Shown: positions 1 through 11,330, counted from the first letter of the whole stretch. The stretch: 63,973 bases of DNA, filler included, from Deltaproteobacteria bacterium (GCA_030698575.1; 8 parts of 8 records of this genome joined end to end with filler, not necessarily neighbours in it); one strand, 5' to 3'. Notes: a model not told the origin generated them from the sequence alone. Made by a program: numbers and translations.

Positions 1-426
1 CGGGGCGGCAAGGCGATCCAGGACGCCTGCGATCGCCTCGCGCCCATCCCGCTCGGCGAATCGGCACGGACGACCGGCGGGGATCTCCGCCAGCCGCATG
101 TCATTCACGCGGCCGTCATGGAGTGGGGCGGCGCCGCGAGCGAGAACTCGATCCGTGACTGCACGCGTTCGGCGCTGCGCGTGGCCGCGGAGAATGGCGT
201 GCACTGCGTCGCCTTTCCCGCACTCGGTACGGGCGTGGGCGGCTTTCCGCTGAGAGGCTGCGCCGAGGTCATGCTGGCCGAGGCTCAGGCCTTCCTCGAC
301 AACAATCCCGGATCGGTCGAGCGGATCCTGTTCGTTCTTTTCGGGGAGCAGGCCTACCGGACCTTCGAGAGCGTGCTCGACAGCATCAAGATCCAGCGCA
401 TGGCCGATCGGCTGCCGCGGGCCTAG
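1..426 (+). CDS. Macro domain (ADP-ribose-binding/hydrolase) protein, 5' truncated
   Basis: Frame is open from base 1 (RGGKAIQDAC...VIHAAVM); contains the macro motif VAFPALGTGVGGF. Confidence 0.85.
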   Translation, partial: RGGKAIQDACDRLAPIPLGESARTTGGDLRQPHVIHAAVMEWGGAASENSIRDCTRSALRVAAENGVHCVAFPALGTGVGGFPLRGCAEVMLAEAQAFLDNNPGSVERILFVLFGEQAYRTFESVLDSIKIQRMADRLPRA

Positions 427-537
427 GGCCCGGCGGACCTTCACGTTGCGCCGCCGAAGTCGCCCTATCTCCTTGAACCTATTGACACTTTCGGCGTCCC
501 GGGACTATCATCCCGGGAACCCCCTGCGAGGCCACCC

Positions 538-1332
538 GTGACCCTGCCGCTTCTGATAGCGGTCGCCGCCGCTTACCTCGGTGCATCCCTCCTCTACCTG
601 CGGCTCTTCCTGGCCGGGGGAGAGGCTGGTGAGGCGGCCGCCCGCCGCACCCTGGCGGCCGGCTTCCTCCTGCACACCGCGAGCTTCGTGCTCCTCCATG
701 TTTGGGCCGTGCGCGAGGGGATCGCGGTGCAGGAGTCGGTCTCTTTCATGGCCTACGCGATTGTCGGCCTCTGGCTGGTCTTCCAGCATCGGTGGCGAGC
801 AAAGGTTCTCGGCGCGGTGCTCGCGCCCCTCGCCTTCCTCCTCGTCTTCTACGCGACGCTTCCCCTCGGCCCGGGCGCGTCAGACACGGGGCTCCGGTCG
901 TTCTGGTCGCACTTTCACATCCTCCTCTCCATCGGCGGCTTTGCGTTTCTCGCTGTCGCCTTCGCGGCGGGGCTGACCTATCTCCTGCAGGACCGCAAGC
1001 TGAAGGGGAGGAAGACGGAGTCCATCGAGCAGGTCGTTTTCCGGCTCCCCTCGCTCGAGGTTCTCGATCGGATGAATTCCTTCTGCCTGCTTTACGGCTT
1101 TCCGATCCTGACGCTCGGCATGATCATGGGCGGACTCTGGGAGTGGGCCCTCGGGAGTGGATGGGGCTGGGATCTGAAGATCCAGCTCTCCATCGCCACC
1201 TGGGTCTTTTACCTGATCGTTCTTCTGGCACGGCTCGTCGGACACCAACGTGGGCGCCGCGTTGCGCTCCTCTCCGTGGTGGGGTTCGTCATGCTCGCCT
1301 CCAGTTACATCGGCGGGCGGGCGCTGGGGTAG
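538..1332 (+). CDS. ccsA: Cytochrome c assembly protein (CcsA/HemX-like)
   Basis: Multi-TM protein; LPSLEVLDR and WGWDLK (WWD-like) motifs; directly upstream of hemA. Confidence 0.8.
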   Translation: MTLPLLIAVAAAYLGASLLYLRLFLAGGEAGEAAARRTLAAGFLLHTASFVLLHVWAVREGIAVQESVSFMAYAIVGLWLVFQHRWRAKVLGAVLAPLAFLLVFYATLPLGPGASDTGLRSFWSHFHILLSIGGFAFLAVAFAAGLTYLLQDRKLKGRKTESIEQVVFRLPSLEVLDRMNSFCLLYGFPILTLGMIMGGLWEWALGSGWGWDLKIQLSIATWVFYLIVLLARLVGHQRGRRVALLSVVGFVMLASSYIGGRALG

Positions 1333-1337
1333 GGGGC

Positions 1338-2609
1338 ATGGAGCTTCTCATCGCGGGCATATCGCACAAGACTGCGCCGGTGACGCTGCGCGAGCGATAC
1401 TCTTACACCGAGTCGGAGCCGGGAGGCGCCCTGCGTTCGCTCTGGGAAGAGGGGGGGCTCGACGAGGCCTTCCTCGTCTCGACCTGCAACCGCGTGGAGG
1501 TGCTTGCGGTCGTGCCGACCCTTGCCGAAGCGCGAGAGCGGCTCGGCGACTGGATCGCACGGGCCCACGGCGAGCCCGCGGGGGCCATCGGCAACCATCT
1601 CTATTTCTACGAAGGTGAGCAGGCGGTCCGGCACCTGTTCCGCGTGGCGGCGAGCCTCGACAGCATGGTCGTGGGCGAACCCCAGATCCTGGGCCAGATC
1701 AAGGCGGCCTACCGCGTAGCGAGCGATCTCGGGGCGACGGGGCCCCTGGTGAACCGCCTGATGCAGCGGGCCTTCTCTGTGGCCAAGCGCGTGCGCACTG
1801 AGACGGGCGTGGCCGAGGCCTCCGTCTCGGTCAGCTCTGTGGCTGTTCAGCTCGCGCGACGCATCTTCGACAATCTTGATGACAAGGGCGTGGTGCTTCT
1901 CGGCGCGGGCGAGATGATCAAGACGGCCGCGCGCATTCTCCGCGACTCCGGCGTGGGGCGGCTGCTGGTGCTGAACCGCACGGCCGAGCGGGCACGGAAC
2001 CTCGCGCGCGAGGTGGGTGGCGAGGCCGGCTCGCTCGAGGATCTCGCGGCGCGGCTTCCGGAAGCCGACATCCTACTCACCTCGCTTGCCGACAGCCCCG
2101 GGCTGGTCACCGTCGCCATGATCCGCCGAGCGCTCGAGCGGCGCGAGAACCGCCCCATGTTCCTCATCGACATCGCCGTTCCGCGAAACGTCGAGGCAGC
2201 CGTCAACGGGCTCGACAGCGCCTATCTCTACAACCTGGACGATCTGGCGGGGCTGGCGGAGGCCAACGCGAGAGGCCGGTCTGAAGAGGCCACGCGCGCG
2301 GAGGCGATCGTCCAGGAGGAAGCGGAGGCCTTCGTCCGGTGGCTGGCCTCGCTCGACGCCATTCCGACCATCAGCCGGCTCAGCGCCTTCGGCGAGGAGA
2401 TCAGGAAGCACGAGGTCGAGAAGGCGCTCTCCGCGCTCGGTCCCCTCCCCGAGGCGCAACGGCAGGTGGTCGAGGGGCTCTCCAACGCCATCGTTCGCAA
2501 ACTGCTCCACAGGCCCCTTACCCGCATCAGGCGCGAGAGCGAGACCGGCCGCGCCAGGAACGCGCTCATCTGGGTGAAAGATCTCTTCAATCTGGACGAC
2601 GGGGAGTGA
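1338..2609 (+). CDS. hemA: Glutamyl-tRNA reductase
   Basis: GISHKTAP, STCNRVE, SLDSMVVGEPQILGQ, GAGEM, DIAVPRN; start moved to ATG 1338. Confidence 0.97.
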   Translation: MELLIAGISHKTAPVTLRERYSYTESEPGGALRSLWEEGGLDEAFLVSTCNRVEVLAVVPTLAEARERLGDWIARAHGEPAGAIGNHLYFYEGEQAVRHLFRVAASLDSMVVGEPQILGQIKAAYRVASDLGATGPLVNRLMQRAFSVAKRVRTETGVAEASVSVSSVAVQLARRIFDNLDDKGVVLLGAGEMIKTAARILRDSGVGRLLVLNRTAERARNLAREVGGEAGSLEDLAARLPEADILLTSLADSPGLVTVAMIRRALERRENRPMFLIDIAVPRNVEAAVNGLDSAYLYNLDDLAGLAEANARGRSEEATRAEAIVQEEAEAFVRWLASLDAIPTISRLSAFGEEIRKHEVEKALSALGPLPEAQRQVVEGLSNAIVRKLLHRPLTRIRRESETGRARNALIWVKDLFNLDDGE

Positions 2610-3553
2610 CACCTGTGTCGCTTCGCATCGGAACACGCCGCAGCGCGCTCGCGCGAGTTCAGGCCGAGCAGATGCGCGCGGCTCTCTCGCGCCACTTCCC
2701 CGATCTCTCACTGAGACTCGTTCCCATGCAGACCTCGGGAGACCGGCTTCAGGGCGCTCCGCTGGCGGCCGCGGGGGGCAAGGCGCTCTTCGTGAAAGAG
2801 CTGGAAGAGGCGCTGCTTGCCGGGCGGATCGATCTGGCGGTCCACAGCCTGAAGGACGTGCCCGCCGTGCTGCCCGCCGGGCTCCATCTCGGCGCTATCA
2901 CCGAGCGTGAGGATCCGCGCGACGCCCTCGTGGCGCCCGAGCACGGAACACTCGCGCGCCTGCCTGCGGGCGCGCGCATCGGAACCGGCGCCCTCAGGCG
3001 GCAGTCGCAGCTCCTGCGCCGGAGGCCGGACATCCTGGTGGTTCCCCTGCGCGGCAACGTGCCCACGCGCATCGAGAAGATCGAACGTGAAGGGCTCGAC
3101 GGCGTGGTGCTGGCGTTCGCGGGGCTTCGCCGTCTGGGACTCGCGTCGCGGGTCACCGAGGTGCTCGACATCGCGACCTGCGTTCCCGCCGTCGGCCAGG
3201 GCGCGCTGGGCCTCGAATGCCGCGCGGACGACGCAAGGACGAACGCGATGCTGTCGCGCCTCGAGCACCCGGCGAGCGCGGTGGCCGCCGCCGCCGAGCG
3301 CGCCTTCCTCGGTCGGCTGGGGGGAGGCTGCCAGGTTCCGATGGGTGGGCACGCGACCGTCGAAGACGGCGAGGTGATGATGCGCGCCTTCGTCGGCTCC
3401 CCCGACGGCAAGCGGGTCGTGGAGGGGGAGCAAAGGGGACCGGAGGGTTCGGCCGCGGAACTGGGTCGGGCGCTGGCGGAGGAGCTGCTGGATCGCGGCG
3501 CCGGCGAGATCCTCGCGGCGCTGGGCGCGCCAGGCGAAACGGGCGAGAGATGA
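2606..3553 (+). CDS. hemC: Hydroxymethylbilane synthase
   Basis: IGTRRSALA, LFVKELE, AVHSLKD, LRGNVPTR, LGGGCQVP; GTGA overlap with hemA. Confidence 0.97.
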   Translation: MTPVSLRIGTRRSALARVQAEQMRAALSRHFPDLSLRLVPMQTSGDRLQGAPLAAAGGKALFVKELEEALLAGRIDLAVHSLKDVPAVLPAGLHLGAITEREDPRDALVAPEHGTLARLPAGARIGTGALRRQSQLLRRRPDILVVPLRGNVPTRIEKIEREGLDGVVLAFAGLRRLGLASRVTEVLDIATCVPAVGQGALGLECRADDARTNAMLSRLEHPASAVAAAAERAFLGRLGGGCQVPMGGHATVEDGEVMMRAFVGSPDGKRVVEGEQRGPEGSAAELGRALAEELLDRGAGEILAALGAPGETGER

Positions 3554-5094
3554 GCGGGAACGAAACGAGCGGGAAGGTCTATCTCGTCGGCGGCGGCCCG
3601 GGCGATCCGGGACTGCTCACCCTCCGGGGGCGCGAGCTGCTATCGAGGGCCGACGTTGTGGTCTACGATTTTCTCGCGAACGAAGCGCTCCTCGTGCACG
3701 CGCGCGAGGACGCGGAGATCGTCTTCCTCGGCCGCCGCGGCGGCGGAGAGACGCGCGCGCAGGCGGAGATCAACCGGCTTCTCGTGAAGCACGCCCGCGA
3801 GGGAAAGCAGGTCGTCCGGCTCAAGGGGGGCGATCCGCTGGTCTTCGGGCGCGGCGGCGAGGAGGCGCTGGCCCTCGCGGAGGCGGGCATTCCCTTCGAG
3901 ATCGTGCCGGGCGTCACCTCCGCCTTCGCCGTCCCGCTCTACGCGGGCATTCCGGTGACGCACCGCGATCTGGCCTCGAGCGTCTCGGTTGTGACCGGCC
4001 ACGAGCTGCCAGGCAAGGAGGAGAGCGCGGTCGACTGGGCGCGTGTTGCGCCCGGCAAGGGGACGCTCGTCTTTCTCATGGGGACGACCCACCTCCCCGA
4101 GATCGCCGCGACGCTCATCGCCAATGGGCGCGCCGCCGACACGCCCTCGGCCGTTATTCGCTGGGGCACCCGCGCCGCGCAACAGACCGTCACGGCGCCG
4201 CTCGGCGAGATTTCAAAAGCGGCGTCCGACGCCGGCATCCGTCCACCGACGGTCTTCGTCGTGGGAGAAGTCGTGGGACTCCGGGATGGGCTCCAGTGGT
4301 TCGAGAAGAAGCCGCTCTTCGGCAGGCGAGTTCTCGTGACCCGCGCCCGTGCGCAGGCCGGCGCCCTGGCCGAACGCCTGGCTGATCAGGGCGCCGAGGT
4401 TGTTCCCTTTCCGGTCATTGCCTTCCGCGATCCCGATGACCCGGCGCCACTCACGCGCGCCCTGGCCGAGATCGATCACTACGACGGCGTGATCTTCACG
4501 AGCGCGAACGCCGTCGAACGATTCTTCCCCCGCGCGCTTGCCGCCGGGGTTGACGCGAGGCGCCTGGCGGGCAAGATCGTCGCGGCCATCGTCGCGGAAA
4601 CGGCCGCTGCCGTGGCGCGGAATGGAGTCAGGGCCGACATCGTTCCGGAGCGTTACGTGGCCGAGGCGCTTGCCGACGCGCTCGCGTCGCACGCTCCGCT
4701 CCGCGGGAAGCGCTTCCTCCTTCCCCGCGCGCGCGTGGCGCGGGAGGCCCTCCCGAAGGCGCTGGCCGATGCGGGCGCGCGCTGCGACGTCGTGGAGGTC
4801 TACCGCACCGTCCCGCCGGCGGGCGGCGGCGAACGGCTCGCCGCCTTGCTGCGGGAGGGGGGCATCGACGTGGTGACCTTCACCTCCTCGTCCACGGTGC
4901 GCAATTTTCTCGCGCTGCTGCCCCGGGGAGATGCGCAGGATCTACTGGGCGCAAGCGTGGTAGCCTGTATCGGACCGATCACGGCCGACACGGCGCGTGA
5001 GGCGGGGCTAAAGCCCGCCATCGTCGCGAACACCCACACGGTGGCCGGGCTGGCGGAAGCCATCCTGGATCATTTTCAGAAGGAGAGACGGTGA
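3550..5094 (+). CDS. cobA: Uroporphyrinogen-III C-methyltransferase / uroporphyrinogen-III synthase fusion (CobA-HemD)
   Basis: [15 protein letters not shown] and RLKGGDP, followed by a HemD part (VLVTRA, FTSANAV, FTSSST, CIGPITA); ATGA overlap. Confidence 0.93.
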   Translation: MSGNETSGKVYLVGGGPGDPGLLTLRGRELLSRADVVVYDFLANEALLVHAREDAEIVFLGRRGGGETRAQAEINRLLVKHAREGKQVVRLKGGDPLVFGRGGEEALALAEAGIPFEIVPGVTSAFAVPLYAGIPVTHRDLASSVSVVTGHELPGKEESAVDWARVAPGKGTLVFLMGTTHLPEIAATLIANGRAADTPSAVIRWGTRAAQQTVTAPLGEISKAASDAGIRPPTVFVVGEVVGLRDGLQWFEKKPLFGRRVLVTRARAQAGALAERLADQGAEVVPFPVIAFRDPDDPAPLTRALAEIDHYDGVIFTSANAVERFFPRALAAGVDARRLAGKIVAAIVAETAAAVARNGVRADIVPERYVAEALADALASHAPLRGKRFLLPRARVAREALPKALADAGARCDVVEVYRTVPPAGGGERLAALLREGGIDVVTFTSSSTVRNFLALLPRGDAQDLLGASVVACIGPITADTAREAGLKPAIVANTHTVAGLAEAILDHFQKERR

Positions 5095-6071
5095 CTGCGT
5101 TTCCAACAGAGCGGCCTCGCAGGCTCAGGCGTACCGGGTGGATCCGCGATCTCGTGCGCGAGACGCGGCTCTCGCGGGAGAGCCTCGTCTACCCGCTCTT
5201 CGTTGTCGAGGGGAAGGGCGTGCGCGACGAGATAGACGCGATGCCGGGCCAGTTTCACTACAGCGTCGATACGCTTCTGAAGGAAGCAGTCGAGGCGAAG
5301 GATCTCGGCATCCGGGCGATACTTCTGTTCGGCCTGCCGGGGCGGAAGGACGCCGCCGGCTCCGAAGCCCACGCGGAGGAGGGCGTCGTGCAGCGCGCGC
5401 TGCGCGCCCTCCGGAGCGAGGTGCCCGATCTCGGCCTCATGACCGACGTCTGCCTGTGCGGATACACCGATCATGGTCACTGCGGGAAGATCGCCGACGG
5501 CGAGATCGACAACGATGCCACGCTGGAGATTCTCGGCAAGGTGGCGCTCTCCCATGCCCGCGCGGGCGCCGACTTCGTGGCCCCCTCCGACATGATGGAC
5601 GGCCGGGTCGGTTTCATCCGTGAAGTGCTCGACGCGCACGGATTTCCCGGAACCGGCATCCTCGCCTACTCGGCGAAGTTCGCGTCGAGCTACTACGGCC
5701 CCTTCCGCGAGGCGGCCCACTCGAGTCCCGGGGAGGGTGACCGCCGCGGTTACCAGATGGATCCTGCCAACCGCCGCGAGGCGATGCGGGAGCTGATCCT
5801 CGACGCGGAGGAGGGGGCCGACATGCTGATGGTCAAGCCCGCGCTCCCCTGCCTCGATGTGATCCGGGATGCCCGCGAGCGCTTCGAGCTGCCGATCGCG
5901 GCCTACCAGGTGAGCGGCGAGTACGCGACGATCGTGGCCGCCGCCGAACGCGGGTGGGTGGATCGAAATCAGATGATGATGGAATCGCTCACCGCGATCC
6001 GGCGCGCCGGCGCCGACATCGTGGTCACCTATTTCGCCAAGGAGGCCGCGCGGCTGCTCGCGCGCGTTTGA
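5091..6071 (+). CDS. hemB: Porphobilinogen synthase
   Basis: [40 protein letters not shown]. Confidence 0.97.
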   Translation: MTAFPTERPRRLRRTGWIRDLVRETRLSRESLVYPLFVVEGKGVRDEIDAMPGQFHYSVDTLLKEAVEAKDLGIRAILLFGLPGRKDAAGSEAHAEEGVVQRALRALRSEVPDLGLMTDVCLCGYTDHGHCGKIADGEIDNDATLEILGKVALSHARAGADFVAPSDMMDGRVGFIREVLDAHGFPGTGILAYSAKFASSYYGPFREAAHSSPGEGDRRGYQMDPANRREAMRELILDAEEGADMLMVKPALPCLDVIRDARERFELPIAAYQVSGEYATIVAAAERGWVDRNQMMMESLTAIRRAGADIVVTYFAKEAARLLARV

Positions 6072-6083
6072 GGGGGACCGATC

Positions 6084-6272
6084 GTGGAAGAACAGATCGA
6101 ATACAAGGTGGTCGAGTCGAGCGACGTGAGCGACCTGACGCTCGAAAAGATCCTGAACGAATGGGTCAGCCAGGGATGGCGTTTCGAGAGCATGCAGTTT
6201 GTCGTGCGCGACGCTTCCCGCCGGCCTGCGATGGCCTTCATCCTGTTCACGCGCGCGCGCCAGGGGGGCTGA
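6084..6272 (+). CDS. DUF4177-like small protein
   Basis: EYKVV...LEKILNEWVSQGW...FILFTR pattern. Confidence 0.7.
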   Translation: MEEQIEYKVVESSDVSDLTLEKILNEWVSQGWRFESMQFVVRDASRRPAMAFILFTRARQGG

Positions 6273-6279
6273 TATCCCG

Positions 6280-6881
6280 ATGCCGGAGGCCACCCCCCGC
6301 CGGAAGAAGGTCTTCCTGATCGACGGCAGCGGTTACATCTTCCGCGCCTTCTTTGCGATTACAACGCTTTCGACTTCCAAGGGTTTTCCCACCAACGCTA
6401 TTTTCGGCTTCGCGAACATGCTCATCAAGGTCCTCCGGGAGGAAGCGCCCGACTACGTCGTCATGGCGTTCGATGCGCCGGGGAAGACGTTCCGCGACGA
6501 CCTCTTCGCGAATTACAAGGCCAACCGCCCGGAGCCCCCGGACAGTCTCATCCCGCAGTTTTCCGTCATTCGCGACATGGTGCGCGCCTTCCGCGTGGGA
6601 CAGATCGAGATCGAAGGTTTCGAGGCCGACGACATCATCGGCACCCTCGCCGGGAAGCTCCGCGACTCGGGCATGGACGTGGTCATCGCGAGCGGCGACA
6701 AGGATCTTCTGCAGCTCGTGGACGAGCGGGTCATCATGCTCGATAGCATGAAGGACCGGCGCTACGGGCCCGCGGAGGTCGTCGAGCGCTTCGGGGTCCC
6801 TCCGGACAAGGTAATCGAGGTGCTGGGGCTGTCGGGCGACACCAGCGACAATATCCCCGGCGTTCCTGGCGTGGGTGAGAA
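6280..6881 (+). CDS. polA: DNA polymerase I, 5'-3' exonuclease domain (3' truncated)
   Basis: LIDGSGYIFRAFFA, YKANR, GFEADDIIGT, GDKDLLQL, GDTSDNIPGVPGVG. Confidence 0.92.
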
Positions 6882-6981
6882 NNNNNNNNNNNNNNNNNNN
6901 NNNNNNNNNNNNNNNNNNNNNNNNNTTAATTAATTAANNNNNNNNNNNNNNNNNNNNNNNNNNNNNNNNNNNNNNNNNNNN
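6882..6981. other. Artificial contig-join linker
   Basis: N44-TTAATTAATTAA-N44 (stops in all six frames). Confidence 0.99.
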
Positions 6982-7177
6982 AGATATCCGGCAACTCACC
7001 CGCCACGACGCCATCAGGGTGGTCCACGGAATGGCCGTGCCCATCGTCAGCTTGCGCGCTGTGATGATCTGGAGAAGTCTTGTGGCAGAAAGGCGCGGTG
7101 CTCCCCACACCCGGCGCGAGAAGCAGGGCGGCGGCCAGGCAAAGGGCGGGGGCCTTTATGAGAAGAAAGCGTTTCAC
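6982..7177 (-). CDS. Putative exported His-rich protein (3' truncated)
   Basis: Signal-peptide-like N-terminus, then HH...HGH...H; runs into the linker. Confidence 0.4.
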
Positions 7178-7340
7178 TGCAGAAAGCTCCTACCATGATG
7201 CCGGGAACTGCGCAATACGTTTCGTGTTTATCGGGACCGGGGCCGAGTTCCTTGAGCGGTCTTGAGCCGCAGTCCCCGGTTGACGCCCTCCCCACCCGTG
7301 CGCTAATGGGTGGCCTTGATTTTACCGGAGCGCCGCCGCC

Positions 7341-7844
7341 GTGAAAACGCAGCCGCACATCGACGAGAAGCTCTTCCGGCTGACGATGGGCTGCTTCGCC
7401 TCGGGCGTGACCGTGGTGACCAGCGCCCGTGGCGCCGAAATTGCGGGGACGACGGTCTCGGCCTTCTCCTCCCTCTCCCTGAACCCGCCCCTCGTCCTAG
7501 TCTGCCTCGACGAAACATCCGCCACGCGCGCGCTCATCGACGATGCCCGCGTCTTCGCCGTGAACGTCCTGGCGGAGGGGCAGGAGGCATTGTCGGACCG
7601 CTTCGCCCAGCCGCGCGAGGAGGGGGATCCCCTTCAGTTCGACGGGGTGGGCTGGCGGCCGGGAACGACCGGATCGCCAATCCTTCAGGGCTGCCACGCC
7701 TTCGCCGAATGCCGGGTCGAGGCCGTCCACGACGGCGGCGATCACCGCATCTACGTCGGCCGCGTCACTGCGCTGGGGTTCGACGAGAACAACACCCGCC
7801 CGCTCGTCTATCACGCGGGCGAGTACCGGCGCCTTGAAGGGTGA
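7341..7844 (+). CDS. Flavin reductase-like protein
   Basis: FASGVTVVT, SLSLNPPLV, GDHRIYVG. Confidence 0.9.
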   Translation: MKTQPHIDEKLFRLTMGCFASGVTVVTSARGAEIAGTTVSAFSSLSLNPPLVLVCLDETSATRALIDDARVFAVNVLAEGQEALSDRFAQPREEGDPLQFDGVGWRPGTTGSPILQGCHAFAECRVEAVHDGGDHRIYVGRVTALGFDENNTRPLVYHAGEYRRLEG

Positions 7845-7851
7845 CCCCCTT

Positions 7852-8607
7852 TCAATCGATCTTCTTCCTGAACTTCGCGTACAGCTTGTCTTTCCACTCG
7901 AAGAAGCGCTTGTGGGCCGTCTGCACTTCCGGCACCCCACCGTGCGCGACGTCGGGCGGGAAGCGGAGATAGCCGTGCGGCGGAAGCTGGAGGAGCATCG
8001 CCGTGCCGGCGGCCGTGAAATCAGCGAGCGTGGGTGTGTCGCCCGTGAGATAGGGCGCGCGCGCGAGCCGGTTGTCGAGAATGGTGAGCGTCGTCTCGGT
8101 CGCGACCCGCGCGTCGGCCACGGAGCGCTCGTTGATGCCGTCGCGAAGCATCAGCACCTTCATGAGCACAGGGCTCATCACGGGGAGCAGGCGCCTGGTG
8201 AGCGTGTCCGAGTTCATCTCCATCGTTTTGCGCATGAAATCGTTGTCGCCCCGCATGCGCCAGATGAACAGCCTGCGCGCGACCACGCCGAGCGCATGGT
8301 CGAGCCAGTCCTCCAGCATGAGCGTCTCGGCGCGGGCGTCGGGTTCCCTCGGGATGAGCGGCGGGTCGGGGTATCGTTCGTCGAGGTAGAGGGCGATGGC
8401 GGTTGAATCGTGGACGACGCGCTTCCGGTTGTTCGGATCGACGATCACCGGCACCTGGCGCTGCCCCGTCAGCTTGGCGACGACCTTCTGGCCAGCGCCG
8501 TAAAGGACATCGATCTTGTTGTAGGGGATGTTCTTGTAGTCGAGAAGAAAGCGGACCTTCTCGCTGTAGTGGCTGATCTCGAACTGGTAGAGTGTGATGG
8601 GTTTCAT
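7852..8607 (-). CDS. Glutathione S-transferase family protein
   Basis: SHYSEKVR, QVPVI, DSTAIALYL, TLADF; start moved to ATG 8607. Confidence 0.88.
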   Translation of the reverse strand: MKPITLYQFEISHYSEKVRFLLDYKNIPYNKIDVLYGAGQKVVAKLTGQRQVPVIVDPNNRKRVVHDSTAIALYLDERYPDPPLIPREPDARAETLMLEDWLDHALGVVARRLFIWRMRGDNDFMRKTMEMNSDTLTRRLLPVMSPVLMKVLMLRDGINERSVADARVATETTLTILDNRLARAPYLTGDTPTLADFTAAGTAMLLQLPPHGYLRFPPDVAHGGVPEVQTAHKRFFEWKDKLYAKFRKKID

Positions 8608-8656
8608 TGCGCTTACTCCTGGCGGGCCACGGCGGCGGCGCGATTCCGAAGGGAAC

Positions 8657-8992
8657 TCACGGGCCACCAGGCTCCGAAAGCCGAAGACGATCGAGATCGG
8701 CGGGGCGCTCCCCCGAGACGTGAGCGTCGAAGAGCAGGTCGGCGTATTCCTCCCGGGGGAGGACGTACCAGACGCCTTCGGGGTAAACCACCACCGTGGT
8801 CCCTTCGGGACGGCAGGCCCCCAGGCAGTCCGTGCCCGTGGCCTGGACCTCGACCCAGAGGCTGCGCTCAGCGATCCGGTCCTGGAGCCGCCGAAGGACT
8901 TTCTCGCCCTGCCCGTGGATGCAGCAGGTGAGCGCCGCGCCCGGGGGACGTTCATTCTGGCACACCAGGAAGTGGACTCGCCTCCGCCACAT
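8657..8992 (-). CDS. Thioredoxin-like [2Fe-2S] ferredoxin
   Basis: VCQNER...CC...CLGAC...VVVYPEGVWY. Confidence 0.8.
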   Translation of the reverse strand: MWRRRVHFLVCQNERPPGAALTCCIHGQGEKVLRRLQDRIAERSLWVEVQATGTDCLGACRPEGTTVVVYPEGVWYVLPREEYADLLFDAHVSGERPADLDRLRLSEPGGP

Positions 8993-9107
8993 GCGATCCC
9001 TCGCGGTCAGGTCTGAACGGGGGATAATATCATGCCCCGGGGGGAGCCGTTTGACGCCCGGCGGGGCCTTCCCGTAAATAGGGGGCACCTCCAGGGGGGA
9101 TCCACCG

Positions 9108-10202
9108 ATGGCCGAACCGGAACAGACGCCGACACTACCGCGCGCAGGAATGGACCGCGTGCTCGCGCTCTTTCCCGTCGCCCTTTCCATCCTGTTCTTC
9201 TACCTGCTCTTCCAGGTGTTCCAGCCCTTCCTCGGGGCGATCGTCTGGGCGCTCATCCTCTCCATCCTGTTCACCCCCCTTCACCGGAAGATCCGCCACC
9301 GCCTCAAGGAAAAGAAGAGCCTCGCGGCCTTCGTGATGACGCTCCTCGTGATCGTCGTCATCGTCATTCCCGCCGTGGTCCTCTCGATGGTGCTGGGACG
9401 GCAAGCCGCCCAGGGTATCTCGCTGGTGGCGGACACGGTGAGCAAGATCGAGAACGACAGCACGGTGGCGGTCCTCAATCATCCGCTCATGCTGAAGGCC
9501 AGGGACACCGTGCTCCCCATGCTGGATCTCGACAACGTGGAGTTCCGCAACTCGCTGCTGAAAGCCCTGCGCGAACTCTCGTCGGCAGCGCTCGGCTGGT
9601 CCACGGCCATCCTCCAGAACCTCGTGAAGATGTTCTTCGGGCTGTTCATCATGCTCTTCACGCTCTACTACGTCTTCAAGGACGGAGGCGCCGCCCGGGA
9701 GTATCTGGATCAAATTCACCCGATGATCCGGCAGACCAACGTCGTCAAAACGCTCGAAGAGCTCACCTTCACCACGTTCTATGCGGGCTTCGTGACGGCG
9801 GCCACGCAGGGATTCCTGGCGGGCGTGGCCTTCGCGGTCCTGGGTGTGCCGTCGGCCTTCTTCTGGGGCACGATGACGGCCTTGCTGTCCTTCGTCCCCA
9901 TCATGGGCGCCACGTCGGTCTGGCTCCCGATGGTCATCTGGTTCGCCATCACGGGCGCAACAGGGAAGGCAATCGGGCTGGCCATCTGGGGCGTCAGCGT
10001 GGTGAGTGTGGCCGACAACCTGATCAAGCCCGCGCTCATCAGCGGCCGCATGAATCTCCATCCCCTCCTGGTCTTCTTCGCGGTTCTCGGCGGGCTCGGC
10101 TACTTCGGGGCGCTGGGCATCATCCTCGGGCCGCTGGTGCTCGTGCTCTCGCTGGGCCTCCTCGATGCTTTCGTGGCCAGCTCGCGTGGGCGGAAAGCCT
10201 GA
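9108..10202 (+). CDS. AI-2E (PerM) family transporter
   Basis: Multi-TM; DNLIKP, LHPLLVFFAVLGG, GIILGP. Confidence 0.9.
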   Translation: MAEPEQTPTLPRAGMDRVLALFPVALSILFFYLLFQVFQPFLGAIVWALILSILFTPLHRKIRHRLKEKKSLAAFVMTLLVIVVIVIPAVVLSMVLGRQAAQGISLVADTVSKIENDSTVAVLNHPLMLKARDTVLPMLDLDNVEFRNSLLKALRELSSAALGWSTAILQNLVKMFFGLFIMLFTLYYVFKDGGAAREYLDQIHPMIRQTNVVKTLEELTFTTFYAGFVTAATQGFLAGVAFAVLGVPSAFFWGTMTALLSFVPIMGATSVWLPMVIWFAITGATGKAIGLAIWGVSVVSVADNLIKPALISGRMNLHPLLVFFAVLGGLGYFGALGIILGPLVLVLSLGLLDAFVASSRGRKA

Positions 10203-11330
10203 GTGCTCCTCGCGAACTTCTACTTCTGGTACTTCGCCGCCGTCAGCATCTTCATCGCCTTCTTCAACATCTACGTGAAGCACCTCGGATTCAGCTCCTT
10301 CGAGATCTCGGTCCTCGCCTCGCTGCATCCGCTGGCTCGCGTACTGTGGCCTCCCTTCTGGGGGCACCTCGCCGACCGAAGCGGCCGTAGAGATCGAGTG
10401 GCGGCGGCCGTGAACCTCACGGCGACGGCTGTCTTCGGCGCCTACTTCTTCGCCGACCGCTTCCTGACACTCTTCATCGTGCAGCTGGTCTTCACCTTCT
10501 TCTGGTCCACCGTCCTCCCCCTCATGGAGGCGACCTCGCTCGAGCAGGCCTCGCTCGGGCGCATCGACTACGGGCGAAGCCGGATGTGGGGCTCGGTCGG
10601 ATTCATCCTCGCGAGCCTCGCCATCGGCCCGCTCCTCGACCGCCTGGGCATCTCCTTCGCGCTATGGACCATCCTGGGCTGTCTCTTCCTGAGCTCCTTC
10701 TCGACGCTTTTCACGCCCCGGCCGGAAATCATCCACAGCCCCCAGCCAGGTTCCCTTCGAATCTTCCTCGGGCGGCCCGAGGTAAAGCTCTTCTTCTTCG
10801 TGGGCATGCTGTGCCAGCTCTCACACGCCACGATGTACAACTTTCTCTCGATCCATCTCGAGACGGTGGGCTATTCCAACAACCTGATCGGCGCCCTCTG
10901 GGCCTTCGGCGTGATCTGCGAGGTGCCCGTCATTCGCTGGTCCACCCGCCTGATCGACCGCTTCGGACGCCTGCACCTCATGACCTTCGCCCTCTTCATG
11001 GCGACGATCCGCTGGCTGATCATGTCGGTCACGACGGCCTATCCCCTGCTGCTGTTCGCCCAGGGAATGCACGCCATCACATTCGGCATGTTCCACGTCG
11101 CAGCCGTCACGCACGCCTTCGCACTCGCGCCACCCCACCTGCGCGCCCGGGGGCAGGCGCTCTACAGCGGCCTCTCCTTCGGCGTGGGCATCTCGATCGG
11201 GATGCTCGTGAACGGCGCGGTGTACGATACAGTCGGCGCGGGCGCATGTTTCGCGGGGAGCGCGGTCGTGGCACTGGCCGCCGCCCTGCTCTCGCTCAAG
11301 CTTCACGAAAAGCCAGCCGCCCCCGCTTGA
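10203..11330 (+). CDS. MFS transporter (HcaT/MFS_1_like)
   Basis: About 12 TM helices; WGHLADRSG, YGRSRMWGSVGF. Confidence 0.88.
   Translation: MLLANFYFWYFAAVSIFIAFFNIYVKHLGFSSFEISVLASLHPLARVLWPPFWGHLADRSGRRDRVAAAVNLTATAVFGAYFFADRFLTLFIVQLVFTFFWSTVLPLMEATSLEQASLGRIDYGRSRMWGSVGFILASLAIGPLLDRLGISFALWTILGCLFLSSFSTLFTPRPEIIHSPQPGSLRIFLGRPEVKLFFFVGMLCQLSHATMYNFLSIHLETVGYSNNLIGALWAFGVICEVPVIRWSTRLIDRFGRLHLMTFALFMATIRWLIMSVTTAYPLLLFAQGMHAITFGMFHVAAVTHAFALAPPHLRARGQALYSGLSFGVGISIGMLVNGAVYDTVGAGACFAGSAVVALAAALLSLKLHEKPAAPA

Noticed and set aside
1-426. Macro domain as a toxin-antitoxin or defence component
   Set aside because: Looks like an ordinary YmdB-type macro domain in a housekeeping neighbourhood; the upstream context is not visible
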